From contig JAFZZR010000044.1 in the NCBI GenBank assembly GCA_017615635.1, positions 36,176 to 100,175 on the forward strand: DNA of 64,000 bases, given 5' to 3'. Source of the stretch: Lentisphaeria bacterium. GTDB taxonomy: Bacteria; Verrucomicrobiota; Lentisphaeria; Victivallales; UBA1829. Each line of letters starts with the position of its first letter. Position 1 is the stretch's first letter. Shown here in pieces: positions 54,563 to 63,113 of this stretch. The notes beneath the pieces were generated by a model, which was not told the origin of the DNA, ran no database searches, and was given only the letters and a program-made list of their open reading frames with translations. A program made the translations under genes and the position numbers.

Positions 54563-55153
54563 ATGTATACGACACGGGCCACCCTGCTGGAAAAAATCGC
54601 CGCGGGAAATGAAGTCAGCTGGAGCGAGTTTTACGATACGTACAAGAGTCTGATCCTTTCCGAGGCGCGGAAGCGTGGCGTTCCGGAGTCGGATCGGGAC
54701 GACATCGTGCAGAAAACCATGCTGGGCGTATTCCACGACGGAGTCTTTACGTACCGGCGTCAAAAGGACGGGAAATTCCGGTCCTGGCTGGGCAGCATCA
54801 TCCGCAACAAAATCGCGGACTATTTCCGTGAAGCGGAGCGCCGGAATACTGTTGTTTCCACAGGGCTCCCGGAAGGCAGGGATTGGGACGATTTCGAGGC
54901 CGGATTCCTGGAGGAGTACCGGACTCATCTTCTGAGGCTGGCCATGGAGGAGCTGAAGGCACGCGTGGATCCGGAAATCTTCGAAACGTTTGCGCTCTGC
55001 CGGACGGGCTGCAGCGACACGGAGGCCGCGCGGAAGCTGGGACTCCGGAGCAATACCGTAACGATCCGGAAGCGGAGGTGCGTGGAGATTCTGAACGGGA
55101 TCATCCGCAGTCTGAACCAGTCCGATCCGGATCTGAACCTGCCAATCTTATGA
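54563..55153 (+). CDS. ECF-type RNA polymerase sigma-70 family factor
   Basis: 196 aa. Region 2 (DRDDIVQKTMLGVF, FRSWLGSIIRNKIADYFRE) and region 4 HTH (SDTEAARKLGLRSNTVTIRKRR). Confidence 0.8.
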   Translation: MYTTRATLLEKIAAGNEVSWSEFYDTYKSLILSEARKRGVPESDRDDIVQKTMLGVFHDGVFTYRRQKDGKFRSWLGSIIRNKIADYFREAERRNTVVSTGLPEGRDWDDFEAGFLEEYRTHLLRLAMEELKARVDPEIFETFALCRTGCSDTEAARKLGLRSNTVTIRKRRCVEILNGIIRSLNQSDPDLNLPIL

Positions 55154-56535
55154 GCCTTGCCCATCTGATCGATCTACCGGATCTGCCGGAAAACCTTCGT
55201 CTGCGCTGCCGGATCGGGAGCGGTGCGGCGGGGAGCTGTTTTCTGGCAACCGACATCACAGACCAGGCTCTGGCGCTGAAAATCGTCTCTGAAAAATGGG
55301 AAGAGAGGGAACTGGAATCGATCCGCGCGCTCCGGAAAATCCCATCGCATCCGGCGCTGGCACAAATACTCGGCAGCGGAAAACTTTCCGATGGCCGGTT
55401 CTACTACACCATGGAGCTGGCGGACAACGCGGGAACGGAGACGGAGTATCAGGCGGATACGTTGGCGTACCGCATGAAAAACCGCGTCATTCCGCTGCCG
55501 GAAATTCTGCAGATCATCTCGGCGGTCGCATCCGGTGCGGAGCACCTGCACAGACACGGCGTGTTCCACGGGGACATCAAGCCGGAGAACATCCTCTTCG
55601 TCAACGGCAGTCCGAAGCTGTGCGACTTCGGAACGCTAAGCTCCGGTCTTTCCGGGACCGCCGGATTTTATCCAGAGAATCCCGTATCGGGTGCCGACCG
55701 GGACTGCTACGCCCTGGGCATGACGCTCTATTGCGCGTGGAGCGGCCGGGATGCCTCCAGCTTTCCCGATCCTCCGGACTCGTATGATCCGAAAGAATGG
55801 AGACGGGTCCGCAAAATCTATCTTCAGGCCTGCAATCCCGCCGTGCGCCATCGTTTCTCCTCGGCGTCCGCTCTGATCGCGGCGCTGAACGAGGCTGCGC
55901 AGCCCCGGCGGCACGTTTTTACGCGGAAACGGCTGCTGATAACGGGAACCCTTTTTCTGCTTTTGATCCTGTTCTCCGGCGTTGCGGTTCTGTTTTTCCG
56001 CACAAAGGAGGAGCCGCTGACTCCGCAGAAGCAGCAATCGTTTTCGCCTTTCTTTATCACCCATAATCCGAGAGACTTTGTAACGGAAGACAATGAAGAA
56101 GAATATGAGGCCCGTAAACAGCAGGAACTTCATGAAATCTGGCGTCGGGGTTCGGAGGAATGGATCCAGAAGCATCCGAAAGCGATAAAGGAGCTGGCGG
56201 AATACGGAGTTACCATTACGCTGACTCCGGATGGCCAACTGGAGATCCACGATCCGGAATACAAGGAGAACGGCGGAATTTACCGCACCCACAGCGACTG
56301 GTACTTCAGCATAAGCGGGAAACGTTATCTTGAGGTGAAGCGCTGGATGCGGAAGAATCCGGGAGAGATAGAAAAGATGAAAGCGGATGGTATCACCTTT
56401 TTCCCCGATCCGAAAGACGGTCTTGAATATACGGACATCCGCAACGGCCTTCAGGGCGTCGGCAGCCTGTCCGATCTGCTGGCCTACTGGAAAGATGGAC
56501 CGCTTTTTTACCTGAAGAAAAAGCAGCAGCCGTAA
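55150..56535 (+). CDS. Membrane-spanning Ser/Thr protein kinase (Hanks type) with an uncharacterised extracytoplasmic domain
   Basis: ATG at 55150 overlaps the sigma-factor stop (ATGA). G-loop IGSGAAGSCF, ALKIV lysine, catalytic loop HGDIKPENILF, CDFG motif, one TM helix (LLITGTLFLLLILFSGVAVLFF), then about 170 aa with no recognised domain. Confidence 0.85.
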   Translation: MSLAHLIDLPDLPENLRLRCRIGSGAAGSCFLATDITDQALALKIVSEKWEERELESIRALRKIPSHPALAQILGSGKLSDGRFYYTMELADNAGTETEYQADTLAYRMKNRVIPLPEILQIISAVASGAEHLHRHGVFHGDIKPENILFVNGSPKLCDFGTLSSGLSGTAGFYPENPVSGADRDCYALGMTLYCAWSGRDASSFPDPPDSYDPKEWRRVRKIYLQACNPAVRHRFSSASALIAALNEAAQPRRHVFTRKRLLITGTLFLLLILFSGVAVLFFRTKEEPLTPQKQQSFSPFFITHNPRDFVTEDNEEEYEARKQQELHEIWRRGSEEWIQKHPKAIKELAEYGVTITLTPDGQLEIHDPEYKENGGIYRTHSDWYFSISGKRYLEVKRWMRKNPGEIEKMKADGITFFPDPKDGLEYTDIRNGLQGVGSLSDLLAYWKDGPLFYLKKKQQP

Positions 56536-56667
56536 GATTCTGAAGCGCGGAGCGGGGATGAAACTTTTCATGAAAACGCCGTTTCGAGATTGAAAAATCC
56601 GTTTTTAATGGCAAATTATGGCAGAGCTGCCGACAGACGGCGGCGGTCAGGAGAAAGGATTTTGAAA

Positions 56668-56886
56668 ATGCCGGATTCCGTACTCGACTTTGTTATTTTC
56701 TGCATAGAAGAAGTTGCGACGCAGCTACAGCTTCCCGGCAATGTCGTATATGATCTTCTGGCGGAAAAATCCGACATCCTTTCGAACTACATTGTCCCGT
56801 CCTACGACGTTCTGCATACGCAGAGCAGGCAGTATATCGTCGATGACATCGTTTCGCTGATGCGCGAAGAAGGAGTCATCGCATGA
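56668..56886 (+). CDS. Small helical protein, DUF3791-like
   Basis: ATG at 56668 in ORF 56590..56886, 72 aa (VLDFVIFCIEEVATQL...). Family name assigned from memory. Its stop overlaps the next start (ATGA). Confidence 0.6.
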   Translation: MPDSVLDFVIFCIEEVATQLQLPGNVVYDLLAEKSDILSNYIVPSYDVLHTQSRQYIVDDIVSLMREEGVIA

Positions 56887-57380
56887 TAAAGGTCTTCCAT
56901 GGATCATATGTCAAGGTGGAATATCCCGACATTTCGTTTTCCCGGGATACGCTTGATTTCGGCAGAGGATTCTATGTGACGCCTTTGCGCAATCAGGCGG
57001 TAAACTGGGCATTGCGCTGGAAGCGCCGCCGCCGGAAGGCCATCGTCAACACCTACGGCTTTCACGAAGAGCTCATTGCCGGACTGGGGATCAACGAGAG
57101 GGTTTTCCCCTCTTATGACCGGGAGTGGCTTCGCTTCGTGGTCGCCAACCGGGACGGCAGGCCCGTGGAAAGATACGATATTGTGCAGGGCGGAATCGCC
57201 AACGATAAAGTCTTCAACACGCTGGAACTGTACTTTATGAAACTGATTCCCGAAGAAGAAGCGCTGAATCGTCTGAAGTATGAAAAGCCCAATCACCAGA
57301 TCTGCATCTGCCGGCAGGATCTGATTGCGCAGCTGCTTTCCTTCGAGTCCGCGGAGGAGGTCGAAGATGGAAGCCGATAA
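56883..57380 (+). CDS. DUF3990-like protein
   Basis: 165 aa with VFHGSY, FGRGFYVTP and IVQGGIANDKV motifs. Family name assigned from memory. Confidence 0.6.
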   Translation: MIKVFHGSYVKVEYPDISFSRDTLDFGRGFYVTPLRNQAVNWALRWKRRRRKAIVNTYGFHEELIAGLGINERVFPSYDREWLRFVVANRDGRPVERYDIVQGGIANDKVFNTLELYFMKLIPEEEALNRLKYEKPNHQICICRQDLIAQLLSFESAEEVEDGSR

Positions 57381-57582
57381 GACCCTGCTTCATATGAAGT
57401 TTTCCCGAGTCGTCGCGAGGTTTGCGGAACAGCAGAAGATCCCTGCCGAAAAAGCACTGGAATTCTTTTATCACTCGGAGACCTACCGCGAACTGAATGA
57501 AGGCATTGCCGATCTGCATTGCCGCAGCGATCAGTACATTGTCGATGAACTGAAAGCCGAGTATCTCGATCTCAACGGGTAA
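57367..57582 (+). CDS. Small helical protein, DUF3791-like (second copy)
   Basis: ATG at 57367 in ORF 57325..57582, 71 aa. Overlaps the previous gene by 14 nt. Same length class and helical pattern as 56668..56886. Confidence 0.55.
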   Translation: MEADKTLLHMKFSRVVARFAEQQKIPAEKALEFFYHSETYRELNEGIADLHCRSDQYIVDELKAEYLDLNG

Positions 57583-57679
57583 TCCGTCTTCCGTGTCGGA
57601 TATCCGCAGCCGGGATCGGCAGTTTTCTTTTTTTGATCAGGACTTGATTTTTCTTGAAATCATGCTATTTTCACTCTAT

Positions 57680-57727
57680 CATCCTCCGGCAATTAGCCTG
57701 GAATTGCCGGAGGATGCCGTTTTTTTC
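57680..57727 (+). terminator. Rho-independent terminator after the DUF3791/DUF3990 triad
   Basis: Perfect 15-bp stem CATCCTCCGGCAATT/AATTGCCGGAGGATG with a 7-nt loop, followed by CCGTTTTTTT. Confidence 0.8.
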
Positions 57728-57750
57728 ACGGCTCCGATGAATTGCCGCCG

Positions 57751-57832
57751 ATGGATCTGCAAAAAATTTCACCTGCTTTTCTGCATATGATATGGATCTG
57801 CAAAAAATTTCACTTGCTTTTCTGCGCATGAT
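57751..57832 (+). repeat. Tandem direct duplication, 2 x 41 bp with 2 mismatches
   Basis: Copy 1 (57751..57791) is ATGGATCTGCAAAAAATTTCACCTGCTTTTCTGCATATGAT. Copy 2 (57792..57832) is ATGGATCTGCAAAAAATTTCACTTGCTTTTCTGCGCATGAT. Confidence 0.95.
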
Positions 57833-57937
57833 GTGGTATTTTATTTAGTACTTCGGATTTTTTGTCCGATGTGTGAAAAAGCTGCACGCTCAGCAGGAGA
57901 GTGCGGAAAACAAAAACAAAACAAGGAGTATTTCGGC

Positions 57938-58612
57938 ATGGAACAGGAAGATGTAAAAAAGACGATTGACGATCTCAAGGAGAAATCCGTCCAGGTCTTC
58001 AATGCGGAAAACCAGAAGAAGGCGGTTCGGTTCGTGGATACCTTTTTCGGCTGGATGTACAGCGCCAGCTATTTCTTCATAGCGCTGCTGGTCGGGCTGT
58101 TTTCTCTGATCCTGATCGGTTCCGTTTTCTACGCGGTTTTCCATGGCCCCAAGACCGATATCGTCCCGACCTACAAGGAAGTCAAGACGCTCAATGACAA
58201 GCTCGCAGCCGCGGTGTCCGAGGCGGATACGGAATCCGTGGAAGTCAACAAAAAATTCGGCGACGAGATCATCAAGATCTGCAAACTCACGGAGTTCAAG
58301 CCGGAAGCGCTCGTCAAGCGGATCTGCAAGATCGAAAAGAAGCACCGCAAGGCGTTTGTTTACGGCATGCTGGACTTCCTGGAAGATGCCAAGGCCGATC
58401 TCAAAGAGAAGGATTTCAACGGAGGGAAAGTTGCCGAAGTGTACATCGACCTCTTCCGGGACGGACTCAAGGACATCCCGCGCCGTGAAGAGACTGCCGA
58501 TGCGGAATGCAAAATGGCCTGGTGCCTCGCTCTGTTTTCGCTGTACAGCATCCTGATCGCGCTGATTCTGCCGCTGCTGATCCAGATTCAGAAAAACACC
58601 AGAAAGGAATAA
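57938..58612 (+). CDS. Hypothetical two-TM membrane protein
   Basis: ATG at 57938, preceded by AAGGAG, within ORF 57833..58612. 224 aa with TM helices near YFFIALLVGLFSLILIGSVFYAVF and WCLALFSLYSILIALILPLLI. No family recognised. Confidence 0.6.
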   Translation: MEQEDVKKTIDDLKEKSVQVFNAENQKKAVRFVDTFFGWMYSASYFFIALLVGLFSLILIGSVFYAVFHGPKTDIVPTYKEVKTLNDKLAAAVSEADTESVEVNKKFGDEIIKICKLTEFKPEALVKRICKIEKKHRKAFVYGMLDFLEDAKADLKEKDFNGGKVAEVYIDLFRDGLKDIPRREETADAECKMAWCLALFSLYSILIALILPLLIQIQKNTRKE

Positions 58613-58638
58613 GTTTTTTCCTTTCCTGATTCAGGAGA

Positions 58639-58674
58639 CTGCCGCAAGACCGACCGTTTTGCGGCAGTTTTTTT
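58639..58674 (+). terminator. Rho-independent terminator
   Basis: 9-bp stem CTGCCGCAA/TTGCGGCAG followed by TTTTTTT, 27 nt after the stop at 58612. Confidence 0.75.
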
Positions 58675-58719
58675 GTTTACCGGAAGCGGCGGGGGATAAA
58701 ATCGGCACCGTTTTTCTCT

Positions 58720-60912
58720 TTATGTCAGATCAAGCGAGGTTCTGTTAATGATCATATCCTGCCATTCCTCGCTGAGCGAGGCGAATCTGGCCGACCATCC
58801 GGAGATGCGGACCACGAGATTCGGGAAGCGGTCAGGATCTTTTTTTGCCTCGCGGAGCATATCGGGATCGACGGTATCGATTTGCAGATACAGGCCGTTC
58901 TTTTTCACGAAAACGCGAAGTACCTGGGCCAGCGTATCGGCCGCGTCAGGCGCCTTGCGGATTCCCGCAGGCAGCCGGAGATCCAGCGGACAGCCGTTGG
59001 GCGTATCGGAAAAATCCATCCGGCAATAGGAATTGATGACGGCGGTTACGGGACTTTTATCGGTTCCGGGCGTGGGCGCCAGGTTGGGCGCAAGATATTC
59101 ATGGGCGTATTTTCCGAAGACAGTGGCCATCCGGTCTTTCGCATACGCGATTTCGCGTCCGAAGGTACTGACGCCGATGGGAACCATTATGTAATTGATT
59201 CTGGATTTCTCCCCTGAAATGGCGGAGCAGTCGTGAAGGACCTGCCGGAGAAGTTCATCGACTTCCGGATTGTCGTTCCCGTAGTACGCCAGCGACCGGG
59301 CGAAATGCAGGCGAAGCGCTTCCTCATCCGCCCAGTTGTTTTTCAGGATCCGTACCAGTTCCGGCAGGGAAATGATTTTCTTTTCGAAAACATTTTTCCG
59401 GATCGCATAGAGACTGTTTGCCACATCAGGCAGTCCGGCCATGTGGATGGCCCGGAAAACCCGGCGAGTTCCATGGAGCACATAGGAACAGCCGGATTCC
59501 CGGCAGGAAGGCATCAGGAGGGAAAGCACCACGTCGGACCGATCGACCGGTCCGGCCGGATAATCACCGGGATCGTTCTTGCCGGGCAAGCAACTGTTCG
59601 CAATCCGTCGTCTTATACTTTCCGCAAGGGTTCTGACATGGTCAAGGAAATTCCGGTAGAGTTCCTCGCAGGATTCCGGAGTCTTTTCCGCAAACAGCGC
59701 CTCCTGAAAAGGAATCAGATAGTCTTGCGGGAAATAGACGAAGTTCGTCTGGCCCGGAAGAATGATTTCCCAGCATCCGTCATTGGTGAATGTGCGGGCC
59801 TCGGCTTCCGGAATGCCCATCTTTTTGAGATTGCGGAGAATCAGCGGCTCGTTGTAGACCGAAACGATCCCGCCGCCCAGCAGCTGGACTTCGGCGATCC
59901 GGCGGAGCAGTTTTTCCGAGGTCGCGGAATTGAGGCGTACAGTCACCGGATAGTCGCTGATGTGAAGTTCCTCGACGACATCCAGCACCAGGAACGTCAC
60001 TTCGTTTTCAATCTGTTTACCCGATTTGTCCATACCGCTTAGAATGATGTTCTGATAGTTCTGCGCATCGCCGGAGCCGGGTGTCCGGGCGGTATCCTTG
60101 CGCAGGCCGAAGCACCATTCGGTCCCCTTGATCCAGAAATGGGCGATCAACTCCCGTGCCTCGTCCAGCGTAATGACGCCGTTTTTCAGGTCGCGGTCGA
60201 GATATGGTCCGAGGATCTCATCGAACCGGCCCAGTCCGCTCCAGTTGCCGCACAGCCGCTGAAATTCGAAGAAACTCCAGAACGACTGGATCGCTTCCGC
60301 GAATGTGCGGGGCGGATTTTCCGGCACTCTTTCCAACCGGTCCAGGACGGCACGGAGATTCGCTTTATGTCCTGTGTTTTCGGAAGAATTCAAAAGTTTC
60401 CGATATGCCTCCTTATATCTGTTTGTCCAGATACGCATGGCTTCGATGACGTCCAGCAGTCCGTTGAAAAAGTCCTGATGGTGTGAATCGGAATCGTCTT
60501 TCATCCGGGCCCGGATCTCCCGCTCCAATCCCGAAAGTCCTTTCCGGACTGCATCCCCGAAATCGGCCGTGGTATGGCTGATGGACCGTCCCTTTCCATC
60601 CCATTTCACCGGAGGCGGATAGCCGGGGATGCAGTGCTGAAGAGCCTGAATGTTCGAGGCGCTTCCGGCAAGGAGCTCTTCCGGAAGAATATCGATGCCG
60701 GATCTTTCCGCCGTAAGGATGGTGTTTTTCCCGTGCTCGATTTCAGGCGGACAATCCTTCGGCAGATTCAACTCTTCCAGCCGGAATCCCATATCTTTGA
60801 TCCGGCATTGATATTTCCCGGTCAGATAGCGTATCGCCAGCGAACGGGTCGTATCGCTGAGCCGTTTCACCGGACCGCTTTTTGTCATCGGGTTCAAATT
60901 GACTGAACTCAT
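58720..60912 (-). CDS. Glycyl-radical enzyme, PFL2/glycerol-dehydratase-like family (second compact paralogue, no adjacent activase)
   Basis: ORF 58720..60969, start moved to MSSVNLN at 60912, which follows an AGGAGG Shine-Dalgarno. 730 aa. Cys loop TNDGCWEI (Cys-x-Glu) and glycyl loop FPNLVVRISGWSARFASL. Confidence 0.9.
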   Translation of the reverse strand: MSSVNLNPMTKSGPVKRLSDTTRSLAIRYLTGKYQCRIKDMGFRLEELNLPKDCPPEIEHGKNTILTAERSGIDILPEELLAGSASNIQALQHCIPGYPPPVKWDGKGRSISHTTADFGDAVRKGLSGLEREIRARMKDDSDSHHQDFFNGLLDVIEAMRIWTNRYKEAYRKLLNSSENTGHKANLRAVLDRLERVPENPPRTFAEAIQSFWSFFEFQRLCGNWSGLGRFDEILGPYLDRDLKNGVITLDEARELIAHFWIKGTEWCFGLRKDTARTPGSGDAQNYQNIILSGMDKSGKQIENEVTFLVLDVVEELHISDYPVTVRLNSATSEKLLRRIAEVQLLGGGIVSVYNEPLILRNLKKMGIPEAEARTFTNDGCWEIILPGQTNFVYFPQDYLIPFQEALFAEKTPESCEELYRNFLDHVRTLAESIRRRIANSCLPGKNDPGDYPAGPVDRSDVVLSLLMPSCRESGCSYVLHGTRRVFRAIHMAGLPDVANSLYAIRKNVFEKKIISLPELVRILKNNWADEEALRLHFARSLAYYGNDNPEVDELLRQVLHDCSAISGEKSRINYIMVPIGVSTFGREIAYAKDRMATVFGKYAHEYLAPNLAPTPGTDKSPVTAVINSYCRMDFSDTPNGCPLDLRLPAGIRKAPDAADTLAQVLRVFVKKNGLYLQIDTVDPDMLREAKKDPDRFPNLVVRISGWSARFASLSEEWQDMIINRTSLDLT

Positions 60913-61089
60913 TGTACACTTCCTCCTGGCCGATTTGTGCATTGATTTGCTTCTGCGGATAAGGTACACGAAAAACGAAAAACGGTCAATGGCAAATAAT
61001 CCGAAAAAGTGTCTGTTTGTCCATTGAACTCATTTTCCCGCATGATATATTACCCGGGAAGAACCATTCCGAATATGAGGTGAACAGTC

Positions 61090-61983
61090 ATGATTTTCGA
61101 ATCCTTGCCGCATCTGCGGTACGCTCAGGCCGATGAGTTTTCACACTCGAAAAACGGGTCCTGTCACTGCAAAACCGTTCCTTTTTACATTTTTGCACAG
61201 GCATTCGAAGGTCATTATGAGCTCGATGCGGATGGCGAGTTCGCCGTTTGCGAAGAGGGCGGCGCATTTTTTGTCCCGCCCAACATTCCCCTGAAAATAT
61301 GGCATTACGTAAACCCGGAGAGCGGGATCATGCGTATCCGGTTTGTGCATTTCATCCCGGAAGATCCCAGAGGGCTGGATCCGTTCTCGCAATACAGGTT
61401 GCGCCTGGCCGTAAGCCGCGCGGACTGCCGCGAACCGGCGACGATCATAAAACGGCTCTTGAAGAGCGGACCGGAACGATCCGGATTTCTGCTGGCCTCG
61501 GATTTTCTGCGCCTGCTCGCCCTGTTCCAGTCGTTCATGAAGCCGAAAAAAGCTGCGCCGTATCCGGAGGGTCTATCCGTGCTTCTGCAATGGATACAGG
61601 AGCACGCCGCGGAACCGATCCACACCTCCGACCTGGAAAAGATCTTTCCCCTTTCCCGTTCAAAAATGTTTTCCCTCTTCCATGATGCCACGGGGATGAG
61701 TCCGGGCAGCTGCATTCTCCGGGAACGAATCCGGTTTGCCGCCCGGCTGATGCTCTGCAATCCGAATCTGTCGGTCAAAGAGGCGGCGGATCAGTGCGGA
61801 TGGCAGACCGCCTGTCATTTCTCCCGGATGTTCCGTCAAGTCATGGGCGAACCACCCGGACGGTATGTCCGGGAAGCAGCTGTGGGGGCCGGTCCTGAAG
61901 GCGGAAAAATCAAGCCTTCCGGCGGTCAATCGGCGAATACGGGGAAGCACCGGCGGATCTCCCGGATGAGATTCCGCGCGTAG
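61090..61983 (+). CDS. AraC-family transcriptional regulator
   Basis: 297 aa. Cupin-like N-terminus and a C-terminal HTH pair (AADQCGWQTACHFSRMFRQVMGEPPGRY). The non-conserved tail overlaps the convergent gene. Confidence 0.8.
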   Translation: MIFESLPHLRYAQADEFSHSKNGSCHCKTVPFYIFAQAFEGHYELDADGEFAVCEEGGAFFVPPNIPLKIWHYVNPESGIMRIRFVHFIPEDPRGLDPFSQYRLRLAVSRADCREPATIIKRLLKSGPERSGFLLASDFLRLLALFQSFMKPKKAAPYPEGLSVLLQWIQEHAAEPIHTSDLEKIFPLSRSKMFSLFHDATGMSPGSCILRERIRFAARLMLCNPNLSVKEAADQCGWQTACHFSRMFRQVMGEPPGRYVREAAVGAGPEGGKIKPSGGQSANTGKHRRISRMRFRA

Positions 61984-62924
61984 AAACTGAATCCCAGATC
62001 CCCGGGATGAACCTTTCCGTCGGCAAAGAATTCCGGCCGGTGCGGAACCAGACCGTCTCCGGGAATGACCCGGGCCAGGAGATGACATGCGGCCGCTTCC
62101 GTCACGATCCTCCGGGCGTCTTCGAAGCGGCCCGCCGCGGTGATGCCTTCGCAGTCCTTCCTCCAGATGGGCTGAAGCGCCGCCACGGGGACGCCGGGAT
62201 AGACCTCGTTCAGCGCGGTGAAGAAATCCCGGGCCTGACGGGTGAAATCCTCTCCGGTACATTTGGACCAGTCGTTAGTCCCGTAGGCGGAGATGATGAG
62301 ATCGGGCTTCGGAGCCCCGGCGGGAGCGAGGCGGACAAGCTCGGGCGGGAAGGTGGCGCCGCCAATGGCTGCGTTGCGCATTTCCGCATCGAATTCCGAG
62401 GCAAGCAGGGCGGTATAGGTCAGTTCGGGATAGATCGCGTCATAGCCCTGCGTGATAGAATCGCCGTAGAAGAGGAACCGGCGGCGATGTGTACGCGGGT
62501 TGACAAAAGTGGCGCCTTCGAGTTCGAAATCCTTCAGCACGGCACAGGCCAGCTGAGGAAAATGAAGCGTGCAGCGGTGAGAAGCGCCATCCAGTTCGAC
62601 CTCGAAATCGCATTCCGGCCGGTCATGGATATCCGGCGAACCGCCGTGTGCGGAAAGCACGCCGTCGCAGTCGAAATCGAAGAAAGCCCATTTGCGGGAA
62701 GAGCCCGGACGGAAAGCAGCGTGAAACCGGATCCGCTTTGCATCCGTTTCGAAGTCCAGCATGATACCCGATCCGGAGCGGCTTCTGATCTCATACGATT
62801 CCTTCCGCGCCAGCCAGCTTTCCTCCTCTTTGGAAAAACGGTGGAACCGGACACCGTCCGGGGTCTGCTCGATCTGAACGGCGCCGAAGGTCAACGCCCG
62901 GAAATCATCGCGTTCTATCCGCAT
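61926..62924 (-). CDS. SGNH/GDSL-family hydrolase (carbohydrate-esterase-like, with an N-terminal beta-sandwich-like domain)
   Basis: ORF 61926..62984, start probably MRIERDD at 62924. Block I FYGDSITQG, block III GTNDW and a block V-like DGKVHP. Confidence 0.75.
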   Translation of the reverse strand: MRIERDDFRALTFGAVQIEQTPDGVRFHRFSKEEESWLARKESYEIRSRSGSGIMLDFETDAKRIRFHAAFRPGSSRKWAFFDFDCDGVLSAHGGSPDIHDRPECDFEVELDGASHRCTLHFPQLACAVLKDFELEGATFVNPRTHRRRFLFYGDSITQGYDAIYPELTYTALLASEFDAEMRNAAIGGATFPPELVRLAPAGAPKPDLIISAYGTNDWSKCTGEDFTRQARDFFTALNEVYPGVPVAALQPIWRKDCEGITAAGRFEDARRIVTEAAACHLLARVIPGDGLVPHRPEFFADGKVHPGDLGFSFYARNLIREIRRCFPVFAD

Positions 62925-63113
62925 GAATAAGCTCCTTTCTGCCGGAATATCTCGAATGGCCGTTACTATAGCACGCTTCTCCATCGTTTCAACATCTTCC
63001 TGCCCGCCGGAAAAGCGGACTTTTTCCCCGGACAGATCAAAAAGATGTTTGACTTTCCCGATTTCGGAAGTATGTTATCCCTTTCAAAAACAGAATCCGG
63101 ACAAGAAAGAAAC

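Noticed and set aside
54366-54653. 95-aa ORF in the 477-bp gap between the lipoprotein gene and the ECF sigma gene, and the possibility of an RNA gene there.
   Set aside because: The ORF overlaps the sigma-factor start, has no Shine-Dalgarno sequence and no recognisable motifs. I saw no tRNA-like cloverleaf or conserved RNA structure. The region is best treated as a divergent promoter region.
49500-58700. Calling the whole accessory stretch a mobile element or genomic island with defined ends.
   Set aside because: I could find no integrase, transposase, flanking tRNA or terminal direct/inverted repeats by eye. Composition is mosaic: only about 50.4-54.3 kb is strongly AT-rich. I therefore report an atypical-composition insert, not a mobile_element feature.
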